64,000 bases of DNA, taken from Dehalococcoidia bacterium (GTDB lineage: Bacteria; Chloroflexota; Dehalococcoidia; Lucifugimonadales; CAJWER01). Below, piece after piece: positions 51,570-60,563 of this stretch. The position numbers and the translations under genes were made by a program. The stretch's first letter is position 1; every line of letters begins with the position of its first letter. Location: the NCBI GenBank assembly GCA_965243655.1, contig CBDEVV010000017.1, positions 1,396,319 to 1,460,318 on the forward strand, given 5' to 3'. Under the pieces are notes generated by a model. It saw only the letters and a program-made list of their open reading frames with translations. It made no database searches and was not told the DNA's origin.

Positions 51570-53570
51570 TTGAATCCGTACACCTGCCGACTGCGCCGCC
51601 GCGCGCTTCTCGCCCTGCTCCTCCTCCCATACTTCGCGATTCTGCTCTCCGAGAACGGGATGCAGCAGATCGCCATGGGCGCGGGTAGCGTGTCTTTCCA
51701 GGATGGAGTGGCCGATCCGGACGAACCGGTCGTATTCCACATCGACGACTCGTCGCTGAACACCCTGGGCAACGGCACCGCAACCTGGACATCTGTCCCG
51801 GGGGCCGTTTCCCAGGATAAGTGGTGGAATCTAGTGTCCGGGTCCCCGCACTCCTCCGTGCACTCACTAAGCGCCAACGCCTTCGATGCGGACGAGCCCT
51901 CGAACACGCCCTTTACCTACGACCCGGCGCCGACCGCGAGCGTCAACGGCGTCGCAATCCTTGTTGACGACCTAGACCCCGTGTCCGCGGCAGTCTCCCT
52001 CCTCAACGATGTCGATGCGGGCAGCACGGTGGTCATCTCCTTCTCGTTCGACCAAGTGGACTTCTATGGGTCAGTAAGTCAGCGTGTGAGAGTGACCAGC
52101 GCATCCGACCCCGATGGCGAGTGGGTGGGATTCTCCGAGGTGACCAGTACGACCGACTCGTCACCCGCTGCTTCTTCTGGCATCTTCCGGGGAAGCGTCA
52201 CTCCGAGCGCTGACATGTCCGCCGACGCCTCGGGCGACGGAAAAGTGTGGGTACGGGCGGGCGACTCCCTGACAGTCACCTACTTTGAGAGCGGTGGCGC
52301 TCAGCATTCCGACTCGGTACCGGTCGACCTACCCACGCCGACAGCGACCCCCACGAGTACGCCCACGCCTACGCCAACCAGTACACCTACGCCTACAAAC
52401 ACGGCCACGCCTACGCCAACTAGCACGCCAACGCCGACCGTCACGCCCACCCCGACCTCAACCTCAACCCCAACTCCAACGGTCACTCCCGCAGCTACTC
52501 CGACGGCGACCATGACTGCCACGCCCACGCCCTCGGCGACGCCAACCATGACAGCTAGGCCCACGGCAACCGCCGCCAGCACTCCCATACCCACTCGAAC
52601 TCCAAGGCTCACGCCAACGGGTACGAGCACGCCCTCGCCAACTAGCACACCCACGCCGACACACACCCCAGAGCCGATGCCCACCAATACCCCCGCAATC
52701 ACGCCAACACCCACGCCGGAGAGCACTCCCACACCCCCACCTACTCAGGGGAGTTCACCGGCACCCTCGCCCACTCCACAGCCGACTCGTGAGTGGGAGG
52801 TCCACCGCATCGTCGCCGAGGGGTCCACCGTCACCGCCGAGTTGCGGGTCTTCGCCGGCGTCGATGTCCGGGTCACCCTCGATGGAGAAACGCCAGCCGG
52901 TGTGTCCTATTCGGATGGCATCCTCAAGCACGTGTTTAGGGATGTTGCATCGGGTGCGCACGCCATCCTGGTCAGAGATGTAATGGGACTCTCAGAGGCC
53001 CGAGAAGTAGTGCTGGCGCCATCGGCTCCCACTCCGACGCCGTCCCGCACGCCCACACCCATTCCAAGCCCCACTCACACGCCAACGCCGACGAGCACAG
53101 CCACAGCCACACCGACGGCCACATCCATGCCGACCACGACGAGTACGCCAACCTCGACGCCCACTGCCCCTCTCACACCTGAGGCGGCAAGCACACCCGG
53201 GGCGACCGTGACTCCCACACCTACACCCGCCCCAACCGGTGCAGCGACACCTTCACCGACCGCGACGAGTCCGCCCACTCCGACGTCTCCGCCGATCTCG
53301 GCGACGCCATCGCCGACCGGCACACCGGTTTGGACGCCTACGCCCGTGCCTCTGCCAACGCCGACCGTCAGGCCCACGCTGGTTCGCGCCTTGTTGCCCG
53401 CCGCAACTCCAACTATGGCGACAACCGCGCCTGGAGTAGGTCCAGGAGACGAGGATGCCGGGGCGGCGTGGTACGAGGGGTGGGCGCTCGCGGTGGCGGC
53501 GTTCGTGGCGGCCTCGCTCGCCGTATGGCTGCTGGGCCGGCGGAAGAGAGAGGCGGACGAGGCCGGCTAG
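51570..53570 (+). CDS. secreted/cell-surface protein with two Pro/Thr-rich linkers and a C-terminal membrane anchor
   Basis: Candidate TTG 51570 gives a signal-like N-terminus ([21 protein letters not shown]). It has two globular segments and two TPTPT-type linkers of roughly 150-170 aa. The C-terminus is [24 protein letters not shown]. The start is uncertain (track 51450, ATG 51660). Confidence 0.7.
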   Translation: MNPYTCRLRRRALLALLLLPYFAILLSENGMQQIAMGAGSVSFQDGVADPDEPVVFHIDDSSLNTLGNGTATWTSVPGAVSQDKWWNLVSGSPHSSVHSLSANAFDADEPSNTPFTYDPAPTASVNGVAILVDDLDPVSAAVSLLNDVDAGSTVVISFSFDQVDFYGSVSQRVRVTSASDPDGEWVGFSEVTSTTDSSPAASSGIFRGSVTPSADMSADASGDGKVWVRAGDSLTVTYFESGGAQHSDSVPVDLPTPTATPTSTPTPTPTSTPTPTNTATPTPTSTPTPTVTPTPTSTSTPTPTVTPAATPTATMTATPTPSATPTMTARPTATAASTPIPTRTPRLTPTGTSTPSPTSTPTPTHTPEPMPTNTPAITPTPTPESTPTPPPTQGSSPAPSPTPQPTREWEVHRIVAEGSTVTAELRVFAGVDVRVTLDGETPAGVSYSDGILKHVFRDVASGAHAILVRDVMGLSEAREVVLAPSAPTPTPSRTPTPIPSPTHTPTPTSTATATPTATSMPTTTSTPTSTPTAPLTPEAASTPGATVTPTPTPAPTGAATPSPTATSPPTPTSPPISATPSPTGTPVWTPTPVPLPTPTVRPTLVRALLPAATPTMATTAPGVGPGDEDAGAAWYEGWALAVAAFVAASLAVWLLGRRKREADEAG

Positions 53571-54475
53571 CCGAGCATCTGGAGCAGCAGGGCCATCCTC
53601 ACCGCCAGCGCGTTGCCAGCCTGCCGGTAGAAGGCCAGCCGCGGGTCCTGCACCTGCACGTCGAAGTCACCGCTGCGCTGCATCGGGTCGAGGATGATGC
53701 AGCCCGCCTTCAGGCGCGACATCAGCTCCTCGTCGATGCGGAGTGAGTTCGCGCCGCGAGACTTGAGCAGCTCCGCGTGTGCCAGTGTGCGCGGCCCGTT
53801 CAGGTAGATCGCGTCCATCTCCGAAAGCGGTCCCGTATCGGCCGGGTCGACTACCTCGAAGCGTACTCCCCGCTCCTCGCAATAGCTGACTACGTCCGGG
53901 CTGGCCTGTCCGCTGAAGGGCATCAGCGTCACCTGCACGTCGTCGAACATGGCCAGACCCCTGAGCAGTGCGCTCACGTTGCGGTGCTCCAGCCGTCCAA
54001 CGACCGCGATGTTTCGCCCGTCGACGCCGCCAAGCTCGTCGTGCAGTGTGTACACGTCGGCGAGGGCCTGGGTTGGGTGGTCGTCTTCGCTGCCCCCGTT
54101 CACGATCGGGAGTGAGTCCGCGCCGGTTGCCGTACCGAGAACTCCACGCTCGCTGCTCCGCAGCACCACCAGGTCCATCCGCATGCTGGCCAGCAGGCCG
54201 ATTACGTTGTCCACGTAGCGGGGCGTGTTGATCGGGAAGAACTGCGACGCGTCCTCCGTGAAGTACGCAGCGCCCCCGAGGATCTCCACCGCACGCTCGA
54301 AGGACGTCCGCGTCAGGAAGCTCGGCTCGTAGAAGAGGCAATAGATGGCCTTGCCCCTGAGTGCGTCTGATCGAGAGTTACCGGCGCGCAACTTGTCGCA
54401 AAGGGGAAACAGGGTCGACTCGATCCACCCCCTGTCGATCTGGGACGTGCTCGTCAAATGGCGTAGTGTGTTCAA
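53567..54475 (-). CDS. aspartate/ornithine carbamoyltransferase-fold protein with non-canonical substrate motifs
   Basis: [13 protein letters not shown] (canonical is EPSTRTRxSFE), HPTQALAD retained, DPMQR in place of HP(L/A)P..R. 302 aa. Confidence 0.75.
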   Translation of the reverse strand: MNTLRHLTSTSQIDRGWIESTLFPLCDKLRAGNSRSDALRGKAIYCLFYEPSFLTRTSFERAVEILGGAAYFTEDASQFFPINTPRYVDNVIGLLASMRMDLVVLRSSERGVLGTATGADSLPIVNGGSEDDHPTQALADVYTLHDELGGVDGRNIAVVGRLEHRNVSALLRGLAMFDDVQVTLMPFSGQASPDVVSYCEERGVRFEVVDPADTGPLSEMDAIYLNGPRTLAHAELLKSRGANSLRIDEELMSRLKAGCIILDPMQRSGDFDVQVQDPRLAFYRQAGNALAVRMALLLQMLG

Positions 54476-54553
54476 CCGGTCACCTTGACTGGATGGGATG
54501 TTTGGCGACAGCCTGGCTGTTGGGCCGCATGCCCGAAACGGGAGAGCCGTGCC

Positions 54554-56032
54554 TCAGCGCCCGACCCCCTTCAGCGGCCCTACGATGGAGTCGGCCAACC
54601 GGGTCTCGATCTCCGGCGATAGCAGGGCCAGGTGCCCGTCGTCGAAGCGCTCGCCCTCTGCGACCATCTTATCGAAGTACTCGTCGCGGGTCGCGCGATG
54701 GGCAGGATCATAGAACAGGTTGGTCAGCTCGTGCGGGTCCTCCTGGAGGTCGTACAGCTCGCACAGGTCGGACAGGTTCCACACCAGCTTCCAGCGCCCA
54801 TCCGTCACCATGCGTTGGGAATAATGGCCGTTCCAGTCCCCGTGGTACTCGCTGTAGTTCACGTCCTTGTACCACTCGGCCTCGCCCTGCGTCAGTCCCA
54901 GCATGGAGCGGCCGTGCAGCTCGCCGGAGCCCATGTCGCGGACGTCTTCCCCTGCCATCAGCCCGACTATGGTAGCAGTCGCGTCCATGAGGTTGACCGG
55001 CTGGCTGGCCCGCTTCACCCTGCTGCCGCCGGGCGGCTTGAACAGCATCGGCACCCGGTATATCTCGTCGTACATATAGGCGCTCTTGCTGTCGAAGCCG
55101 TGTGACCCGGCCATGTCCCCGTGATCGGCCGTCAGGATGATCGCCGTGTCGTCGTACAGGCCCAACTCCTTCAGCGTCCTCACCACCTCGCCGACCTGTG
55201 CGTCGACCAGCTCCAGGTACGAGAACCCGATGGCCAGGGCGTTCTTCAGGTCCGATCCCTTCCCCTCGGGCACCCCGTACTCCTGCACCGCCCGCAGCTT
55301 CTTCTGGTTGATCGGCTTGCCCTCGTAGTCGTCGTACCTGTTGGGCCAGTCGGGTATCGAGTTGGGGTCGTAACGTATCCCCCATTCCTCCGGCACCATC
55401 CAAGGCCCGTGCGGCCCCGGCAGCGACGCATAGAGCAGGAACGGCCGCTCGCCGGTACGCGACCGCATGAAGTCCGTCGAGTACCTGGCTACCTGCACGT
55501 CCGGGAACTCCTCCATCGGCACGTCCAGGGTGCCGGCCGTCCCGAACGCGAAGCTCTGCACCAGCGGCCCCAGCGCGGTGCTGGGGTGCCCGTGGCCCGT
55601 CGCGAACAGCGGCGTGCGTCCGGCGTACGGCGGCCTGTGGGCGTGCTCGAACCGCGTTGCAAACAGGTCCGGCGGAGGCCCGATGTGCCACTTGCCGTAG
55701 TACGCCGTCTCGTAGTCCGTCTCGTCCGCCGCCCAGTCCTGCACCATCCGCATGTCCGGTCTGAGGTGATGGCAGTACGAGTACCGCGGCGTCGAGTTGT
55801 TGAACATGTGGTGCTTGTGCGCGTACAGCCCGGTCATCAGGCTCGCGCGGGCAGGGGAGCAGATGGCCGTCGGCGTATACCCGTTCTCGAACAGCGTGCC
55901 GTCCGCCGCCAGCGCGTCCATGTTGGGCGTGCGGACCATGTTTCCGCCGTAGCAGCCCAGCAGGTCCGGCCTGAGCTGGTCGCAGAAGAAGACGAGCACA
56001 TTCGGCCTGGTAGTTCGCGCGTCTGCGGTCAT
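54554..56032 (-). CDS. sulfatase (formylglycine-dependent, CxPxR type)
   Basis: NVLVFFCDQLR...TPTAICSPARASLMTG...LTADHGD. ATG 56032 with GAGGAGGA upstream. The track start is 56059. Confidence 0.9.
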   Translation of the reverse strand: MTADARTTRPNVLVFFCDQLRPDLLGCYGGNMVRTPNMDALAADGTLFENGYTPTAICSPARASLMTGLYAHKHHMFNNSTPRYSYCHHLRPDMRMVQDWAADETDYETAYYGKWHIGPPPDLFATRFEHAHRPPYAGRTPLFATGHGHPSTALGPLVQSFAFGTAGTLDVPMEEFPDVQVARYSTDFMRSRTGERPFLLYASLPGPHGPWMVPEEWGIRYDPNSIPDWPNRYDDYEGKPINQKKLRAVQEYGVPEGKGSDLKNALAIGFSYLELVDAQVGEVVRTLKELGLYDDTAIILTADHGDMAGSHGFDSKSAYMYDEIYRVPMLFKPPGGSRVKRASQPVNLMDATATIVGLMAGEDVRDMGSGELHGRSMLGLTQGEAEWYKDVNYSEYHGDWNGHYSQRMVTDGRWKLVWNLSDLCELYDLQEDPHELTNLFYDPAHRATRDEYFDKMVAEGERFDDGHLALLSPEIETRLADSIVGPLKGVGR

Positions 56033-56120
56033 CCTCGCGTCCTCCTCTCCCGTTCCCAAGGGAACTATCTCAGGACTTCTGCGGTGTTCTGACCCCGGGC
56101 GAAGAGCAGGGGTAGATTCG

Positions 56121-56151
56121 CTCGCCCTGAGCCTGTCGAAGGGCAGTGCTC
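56121..56151. repeat. short repeat, family C
   Basis: ctcgccctgagcctgtcgaagggcagtgctc between the two sulfatase genes, abutting the stop of the second. Confidence 0.65.
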
Positions 56152-57625
56152 ACCAGTGCACCGATCCCGTCGCCAGACCATACTCGTTGATGTCGACTGC
56201 ACGGCCGCCCCTGTTCCAGTGGGTCACCTGCCCGTCCTCGAACCGCTCGCCCTCCCCCAGCAGCTTCTCCCAGTATTCGTCCCGGGTCCGCCTGCAGGAC
56301 TGCTCGTAATAGAGATTCCGTAGCTCGTGCGGGTCCTCCGAGAGGTCGTAGAGCTCGTTCAGGTCGCCGAAGTTCCACACCAGCTTCCAGCGCCCGTCAG
56401 TCACCATCCGCTGCGAATAGTGGCCGTACCAGTCGCCGTGGTATTCGCTGTAGTTCACGTCCTTGTACCAGTCAGTCTCCCCCTGCGCCAGCCCAACCAT
56501 CGAGCGGCCGTCCATCTCGCCCGAGCCGATGTCCAGCACCTCCTCGCCGGACATGAGATGCGTCACGGTCGCCGTCACGTCCATCAGGTTCACCGGTTGG
56601 CCCGCCCGTCTGGTCTGGGTGCCGCCCGGCGGCTTGAAGAGCATCGGCACGCGGTAGATCTCGTCGTACATGTAGGCCCCCTTGCTCAGGAAGCCGTGTG
56701 ACCCGGCCATGTCGCCGTGGTCTGCACTCAGGATGATCGCCGTGTCGTCGTACAGGCCAAGCTCCTTCAGCGCGCCGACGATTTCCCCGATCTGGGCATC
56801 CACCAGTTCCAGGTACGAGAAGCACGCCGACAACAGGTCCTTCAGCGTCTCGTCCCGGCCCTGCTCCTGCCTGAGGTCCTCGTTGATCCGCAGCTTCTTC
56901 TGGTTGATGGGCTTGCCGTCGAAGTCGTCGTACCTGTTCGGCCAGTCGGGAATCTCCTTCGGGTCGTATCGTATGCCCCACTCCTCCGGGACCATCCACG
57001 GCGAATGAGGCCCGGGCAGCGAAGAGTAGAGCAGGAAGGGGCGGTCGCCCGACCGCGACCTGAGGAAGTCGGTCGAGTACCTGGCGACCATCACATCCGG
57101 AAACTCGTCCATCGGCACGTCCAGCGTGCCCGCCTTCCCGCCTCCGAAGCTCTGCACCAGCGGCCCAAGCCTCGAGTTCGGGTGCCCGTGGCCCGTCGCG
57201 AACGCTGGTGTGCGACCGGGATACGGAGGCCTGTGGGCATGCTCGAACCGCGAGTCGAACAGGTCCTGCGGCGGCCCGATGTGCCACTTGCCGTAGTACG
57301 CCGTCTCGTAGTCCGTCTCGTCTGCCGCCCAGTCCTGCACCATCCTCATGTCGGGCCGCAGGTGCTCGCAGTACGAGTACGGCTGCGTCGAGTTGTTGAA
57401 CATGTGGTGCTTATGGGCGTAGAGCCCAGTCATGAGGCTAGCGCGGGCGGGGGAGCAGATCGCCGTTGGGGTGTATCCGTTCTCGAACACGGTGCTGTCC
57501 GCGGCCAGCGCGTCGATGTTCGGGGTCCGGACCATGTCACCGCCGTAGCAGCCGAGTAGGTCCGGCCTGAGCTGGTCGCAGAAGAGTACGAGCACGTTCG
57601 GCCTGGTGTCCGGAGAGATTGCCAT
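56150..57625 (-). CDS. sulfatase (formylglycine-dependent, CxPxR type), tandem paralog
   Basis: NVLVLFCDQLR...TPTAICSPARASLMTG...LSADHGD. Collinear with 54554-56032 and identical at most positions by eye. Confidence 0.9.
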   Translation of the reverse strand: MAISPDTRPNVLVLFCDQLRPDLLGCYGGDMVRTPNIDALAADSTVFENGYTPTAICSPARASLMTGLYAHKHHMFNNSTQPYSYCEHLRPDMRMVQDWAADETDYETAYYGKWHIGPPQDLFDSRFEHAHRPPYPGRTPAFATGHGHPNSRLGPLVQSFGGGKAGTLDVPMDEFPDVMVARYSTDFLRSRSGDRPFLLYSSLPGPHSPWMVPEEWGIRYDPKEIPDWPNRYDDFDGKPINQKKLRINEDLRQEQGRDETLKDLLSACFSYLELVDAQIGEIVGALKELGLYDDTAIILSADHGDMAGSHGFLSKGAYMYDEIYRVPMLFKPPGGTQTRRAGQPVNLMDVTATVTHLMSGEEVLDIGSGEMDGRSMVGLAQGETDWYKDVNYSEYHGDWYGHYSQRMVTDGRWKLVWNFGDLNELYDLSEDPHELRNLYYEQSCRRTRDEYWEKLLGEGERFEDGQVTHWNRGGRAVDINEYGLATGSVHW

Positions 57626-57685
57626 CGGTCTCCTCCTCTCGCCGTCTACCGTGGGTCCGAATGAGAACTTAGCTTGGGCCTTCTC

Positions 57686-59104
57686 CTATGACACCGGCGG
57701 CCGGAGGTGTGCCCAGGGACGGGCCTCCTCGAAGGCGGCCGACGCGGCGATTACCCTCTCCTCGTCTCCCCAGCGCCCAACGATGTGAAGGCCCACGGGC
57801 AGGTCCTCGCTCGTGAAACCGCAGGGTATGCTGGCGGCGGGATGGCCGATCATGTTTATCGGGTAGGTGAAAGGGAAGAACCCGCTGAACTTGTCCACCG
57901 CCTTCCCGTCTATCTCGGTCGGAGGCTCGCCCACGGGGAATGCCCCGGCCGACAAGGTCGGAGACAGCAGCAGGTCGTACTCGTCCAGCAGCCCGCCGAA
58001 GGCCGCCATCAGCTCCGCCCGCTTTCCCAGGGCCCTGGCGTAGCCGGGTCCGCTCACCGTCGCCCCATGCTCGATGCTGGTGCGCCCGTAGTCGGTGAGC
58101 AGGTCGCTCTTGTCCCCTATCATCGCCGCGTATCGCGCGTTTGAAACTGCACAGAATAGGTCCCAGAAGGCGTCGATCGGCGAGTCCAGGCCGAGGTCCA
58201 CCTCCTCAACCGTACATCCAAGCTCCTCGAACACGCCGGCCGCCTCGCGGCAGCGCGAGACCACATCCCGCTCGACCGCCCCGTATCCATAGTCCGGGCT
58301 CCAGGCAATCCTCAGCCCCTCGATTCCCGAGTCGGCCGCAGCCATGTAGTCTCCCGGAGCGACTCTGAGGCTGTTGACGTCGTTGGGGTAGTGGCCCGCG
58401 AGCACCTGGAGCAGCAGTGCGGAGTCCCGCACCGTGCGTGTCATCGGGCCCGACTGGCTGAAATGGTTGGCGAAGGGAGGCGACGCCACCCCTGCGTACA
58501 GCGGCACCCGGCCCTGCGTGGGCTTTATGCCGTACGTGCCGCAAAGGGCCGAAGGTATCCGTATCGAGCCGCCGCCGTCGCTGCCGGTGGCCAGCGTGCA
58601 CAGCCCGGCCACGACCGACGCCCCGGCCCCGCCGCTTGACCCGCCGGTCGTGCGTTCAGTATTCCAGGGATTCCGGCAGTGGTCACCCAGCCGGTTTTGG
58701 GTATGGCCGAGCAGTCCGAACTCGGGCGTATTTGTCTTGCCCAGTATGACCGCGCCGGCCGCCTTCACGCGCTCGACTACGGCCGAGTCCGCCGCGGGCA
58801 CGCGGTCCTCGAAGAGTAGCGACCCGCCGGTAGTCCGGAGCCCGGCGGACATCTCCAGGTCCTTCACCGAAATGGGCACGCCGTGGAGCGGGCCGAGCGC
58901 TTCTCCCCTCATCACGGCGTCCTCTGCGGCCCGGGCTTCCGCCAGGGCGCTGTCGGCCGCCACCGTCAGGTAGGAGTTGAGCTTGCCGTCTAGTGAATCT
59001 ATGCGTTCGAGGAACATCCCCGTCAGCTCGACGGGCGATACCTCGCGATCGGCGATAAGCTGCCGTACTTCAGTCGCTGGAGCGAATGCCAGATTGTCTT
59101 CCAT
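57686..59104 (-). CDS. amidase-signature family amidase
   Basis: GGSSGGAGASVVAG and GSDGGGSIRIPSALCG. Confidence 0.9.
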   Translation of the reverse strand: MEDNLAFAPATEVRQLIADREVSPVELTGMFLERIDSLDGKLNSYLTVAADSALAEARAAEDAVMRGEALGPLHGVPISVKDLEMSAGLRTTGGSLLFEDRVPAADSAVVERVKAAGAVILGKTNTPEFGLLGHTQNRLGDHCRNPWNTERTTGGSSGGAGASVVAGLCTLATGSDGGGSIRIPSALCGTYGIKPTQGRVPLYAGVASPPFANHFSQSGPMTRTVRDSALLLQVLAGHYPNDVNSLRVAPGDYMAAADSGIEGLRIAWSPDYGYGAVERDVVSRCREAAGVFEELGCTVEEVDLGLDSPIDAFWDLFCAVSNARYAAMIGDKSDLLTDYGRTSIEHGATVSGPGYARALGKRAELMAAFGGLLDEYDLLLSPTLSAGAFPVGEPPTEIDGKAVDKFSGFFPFTYPINMIGHPAASIPCGFTSEDLPVGLHIVGRWGDEERVIAASAAFEEARPWAHLRPPVS

Positions 59105-59177
59105 AGTGGCCGAAGTGTATCAGCCCCCGTTCCCACTGGCTAGTGGGGCCGAGGGCCTCATTGAGGTTGTGTGAGAC

Positions 59178-59193
59178 TGTATCATTTGATACA
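59178..59193. promoter_or_regulatory. perfect palindrome, operator candidate
   Basis: TGTATCA-TT-TGATACA in an AT-richer patch, 34 nt upstream of ATG 59227. GGGAGG is at 59214-59219. Confidence 0.5.
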
Positions 59194-59226
59194 TTACACA
59201 AACATCACTCTCTGGGAGGTCATGTG

Positions 59227-60159
59227 ATGGCCAGAGTGGGACTTACATCCTGGGAATGTATCTACCGGGCGCGGGAGGAGGGCAGGATTCCCCGTGTGTG
59301 GAAGAGGGGACATCTTAGAGAGCACCTGCAGGAGCCGGCGGGGCCATTTTCGCGTAATACAGTCAACGCCATTCCATCCAATCATTACATTACAAATACT
59401 GGCAGCGAGATGGGATACTCTGTCCGAATGGGAGACGATCCCAGGGTGTGGATGGTGGGTCGTGGGCAGTACCAATTGATTAGAGACCCCGATGACGACG
59501 CGGCAACCCAAGAAGCTGAGGCGAAGCGGGCGGCGAAGCTTGCCGACGAGCTTAGGTGGGGGAATGGGAGTGGAGGTGAACAACCTCGCGAGTCGTCGTC
59601 GCCAGATCCTGACCGCCCGGCTCATCCCGATCCAGAGGCCCAGGCGGTGCCGGGCAGTCCCGATCTCTATCCGTCGGCCTCCGTCCCCCTCAACTCGAAC
59701 GACCTTGAGCTCCTGGCTGACCGCACTACGGAGCAGAAGGCCCTCTACATCGTGCACAAGCATCTGCTCGCTGAGTACGGAGACCAAATGGAAATCGAGC
59801 TTGACCGGGATGGGGCCGACCTCCGGGTCTCCGTGCTCGGCCACACTGAAAGGATAGAGGTGATGGCGACTGAATCGTCCACGCTAGCTTGGCCTGGGTT
59901 GGAGGTGTCCAGCCAGGAGTCTCACGACGCCCTTGTGAGCGGGGATGCTTCGATATACAGGGTTGTTGAAGTCTCCAGCGCCAACCCCCGCATCTATTTC
60001 CTGACGCACGGAAGGCACTTCACTTTGGAGCCAGAATCCAGGTGGTCTGTGAAGCGAGTCCCGCAGGGCGGCAGCCGCTATCCCCTGAGGGGCGAGCCAT
60101 ATCGGTACGACCACCCCTTCGATCCCGTTGCTGCGGAAGAGTGGGAGGCGTTGGGATGA
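59227..60159 (+). CDS. hypothetical 311-aa protein, partner of the downstream PIN nuclease
   Basis: ATG 59227 is 7 nt after GGGAGG. The N-terminal 90 or so aa end in RVWMVGRGQYQLI. Then come a P/D/E-rich linker and a C-terminal domain with ELDRDGADLRVSV..ERIEVMAT. The acidic tail is DHPFDPVAAEEWEALG. No family is securely recognised. Confidence 0.6.
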   Translation: MARVGLTSWECIYRAREEGRIPRVWKRGHLREHLQEPAGPFSRNTVNAIPSNHYITNTGSEMGYSVRMGDDPRVWMVGRGQYQLIRDPDDDAATQEAEAKRAAKLADELRWGNGSGGEQPRESSSPDPDRPAHPDPEAQAVPGSPDLYPSASVPLNSNDLELLADRTTEQKALYIVHKHLLAEYGDQMEIELDRDGADLRVSVLGHTERIEVMATESSTLAWPGLEVSSQESHDALVSGDASIYRVVEVSSANPRIYFLTHGRHFTLEPESRWSVKRVPQGGSRYPLRGEPYRYDHPFDPVAAEEWEALG

Positions 60160-60548
60160 TCGTTCTCGACACACACGTCTGGGTGTGGTGGGTCAACGAC
60201 TCGACTCGGCTGACCGAAGCCCAGCGCCAGGAGATCGCCCGCAATGAAGACGATCTGATCGGCGTAAGCGCAATCTCCTGCTGGGAGGTGGCCAAGCTCT
60301 GCGAGTATGGACGCCTGGAGCTGCCCGTCGGACTGGCTGATTGGTTCCGGGAGTCTCTGCGCTACCCAGGTGTCTCACTACTTGAACTGACACCGGAAAT
60401 CGCCGTCGAGTCCACCACCTTGCCCGGCGCATTTCATAGCGACCCCTTCGACCAGATGATCGTCGCCACGGCCAGGATGCACGGTTGCCCACTGGTAACT
60501 TCCGACGACGAGATAGCCAGATATCCGCACGTGCGCACTGTGCGGTAG
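60156..60548 (+). CDS. vapC: PIN-domain ribonuclease (VapC-like toxin)
   Basis: ATG 60156 overlaps the upstream stop (ATGA). MIVLDTHVWVWW...SCWEVAKL...HSDPFDQMIVATA...LVTSDDEI, so all four acidic PIN positions are present. Confidence 0.85.
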   Translation: MIVLDTHVWVWWVNDSTRLTEAQRQEIARNEDDLIGVSAISCWEVAKLCEYGRLELPVGLADWFRESLRYPGVSLLELTPEIAVESTTLPGAFHSDPFDQMIVATARMHGCPLVTSDDEIARYPHVRTVR

Positions 60549-60563
60549 CCTGCTTGGGCCCCG

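Noticed and set aside
52301-52732. 143-aa minus-strand ORF made of GVGVGV repeats, and a similar one at 53075..53377
   Set aside because: These are antisense readings of the Pro/Thr linker codons of the surface protein. They are low complexity and have no independent support.
59143-59226. Upstream 28 codons of track ORF 59143..60159
   Set aside because: This stretch contains the palindrome and the GGGAGG ribosome-binding site, so ATG 59227 (or GTG 59224) is the more plausible start.
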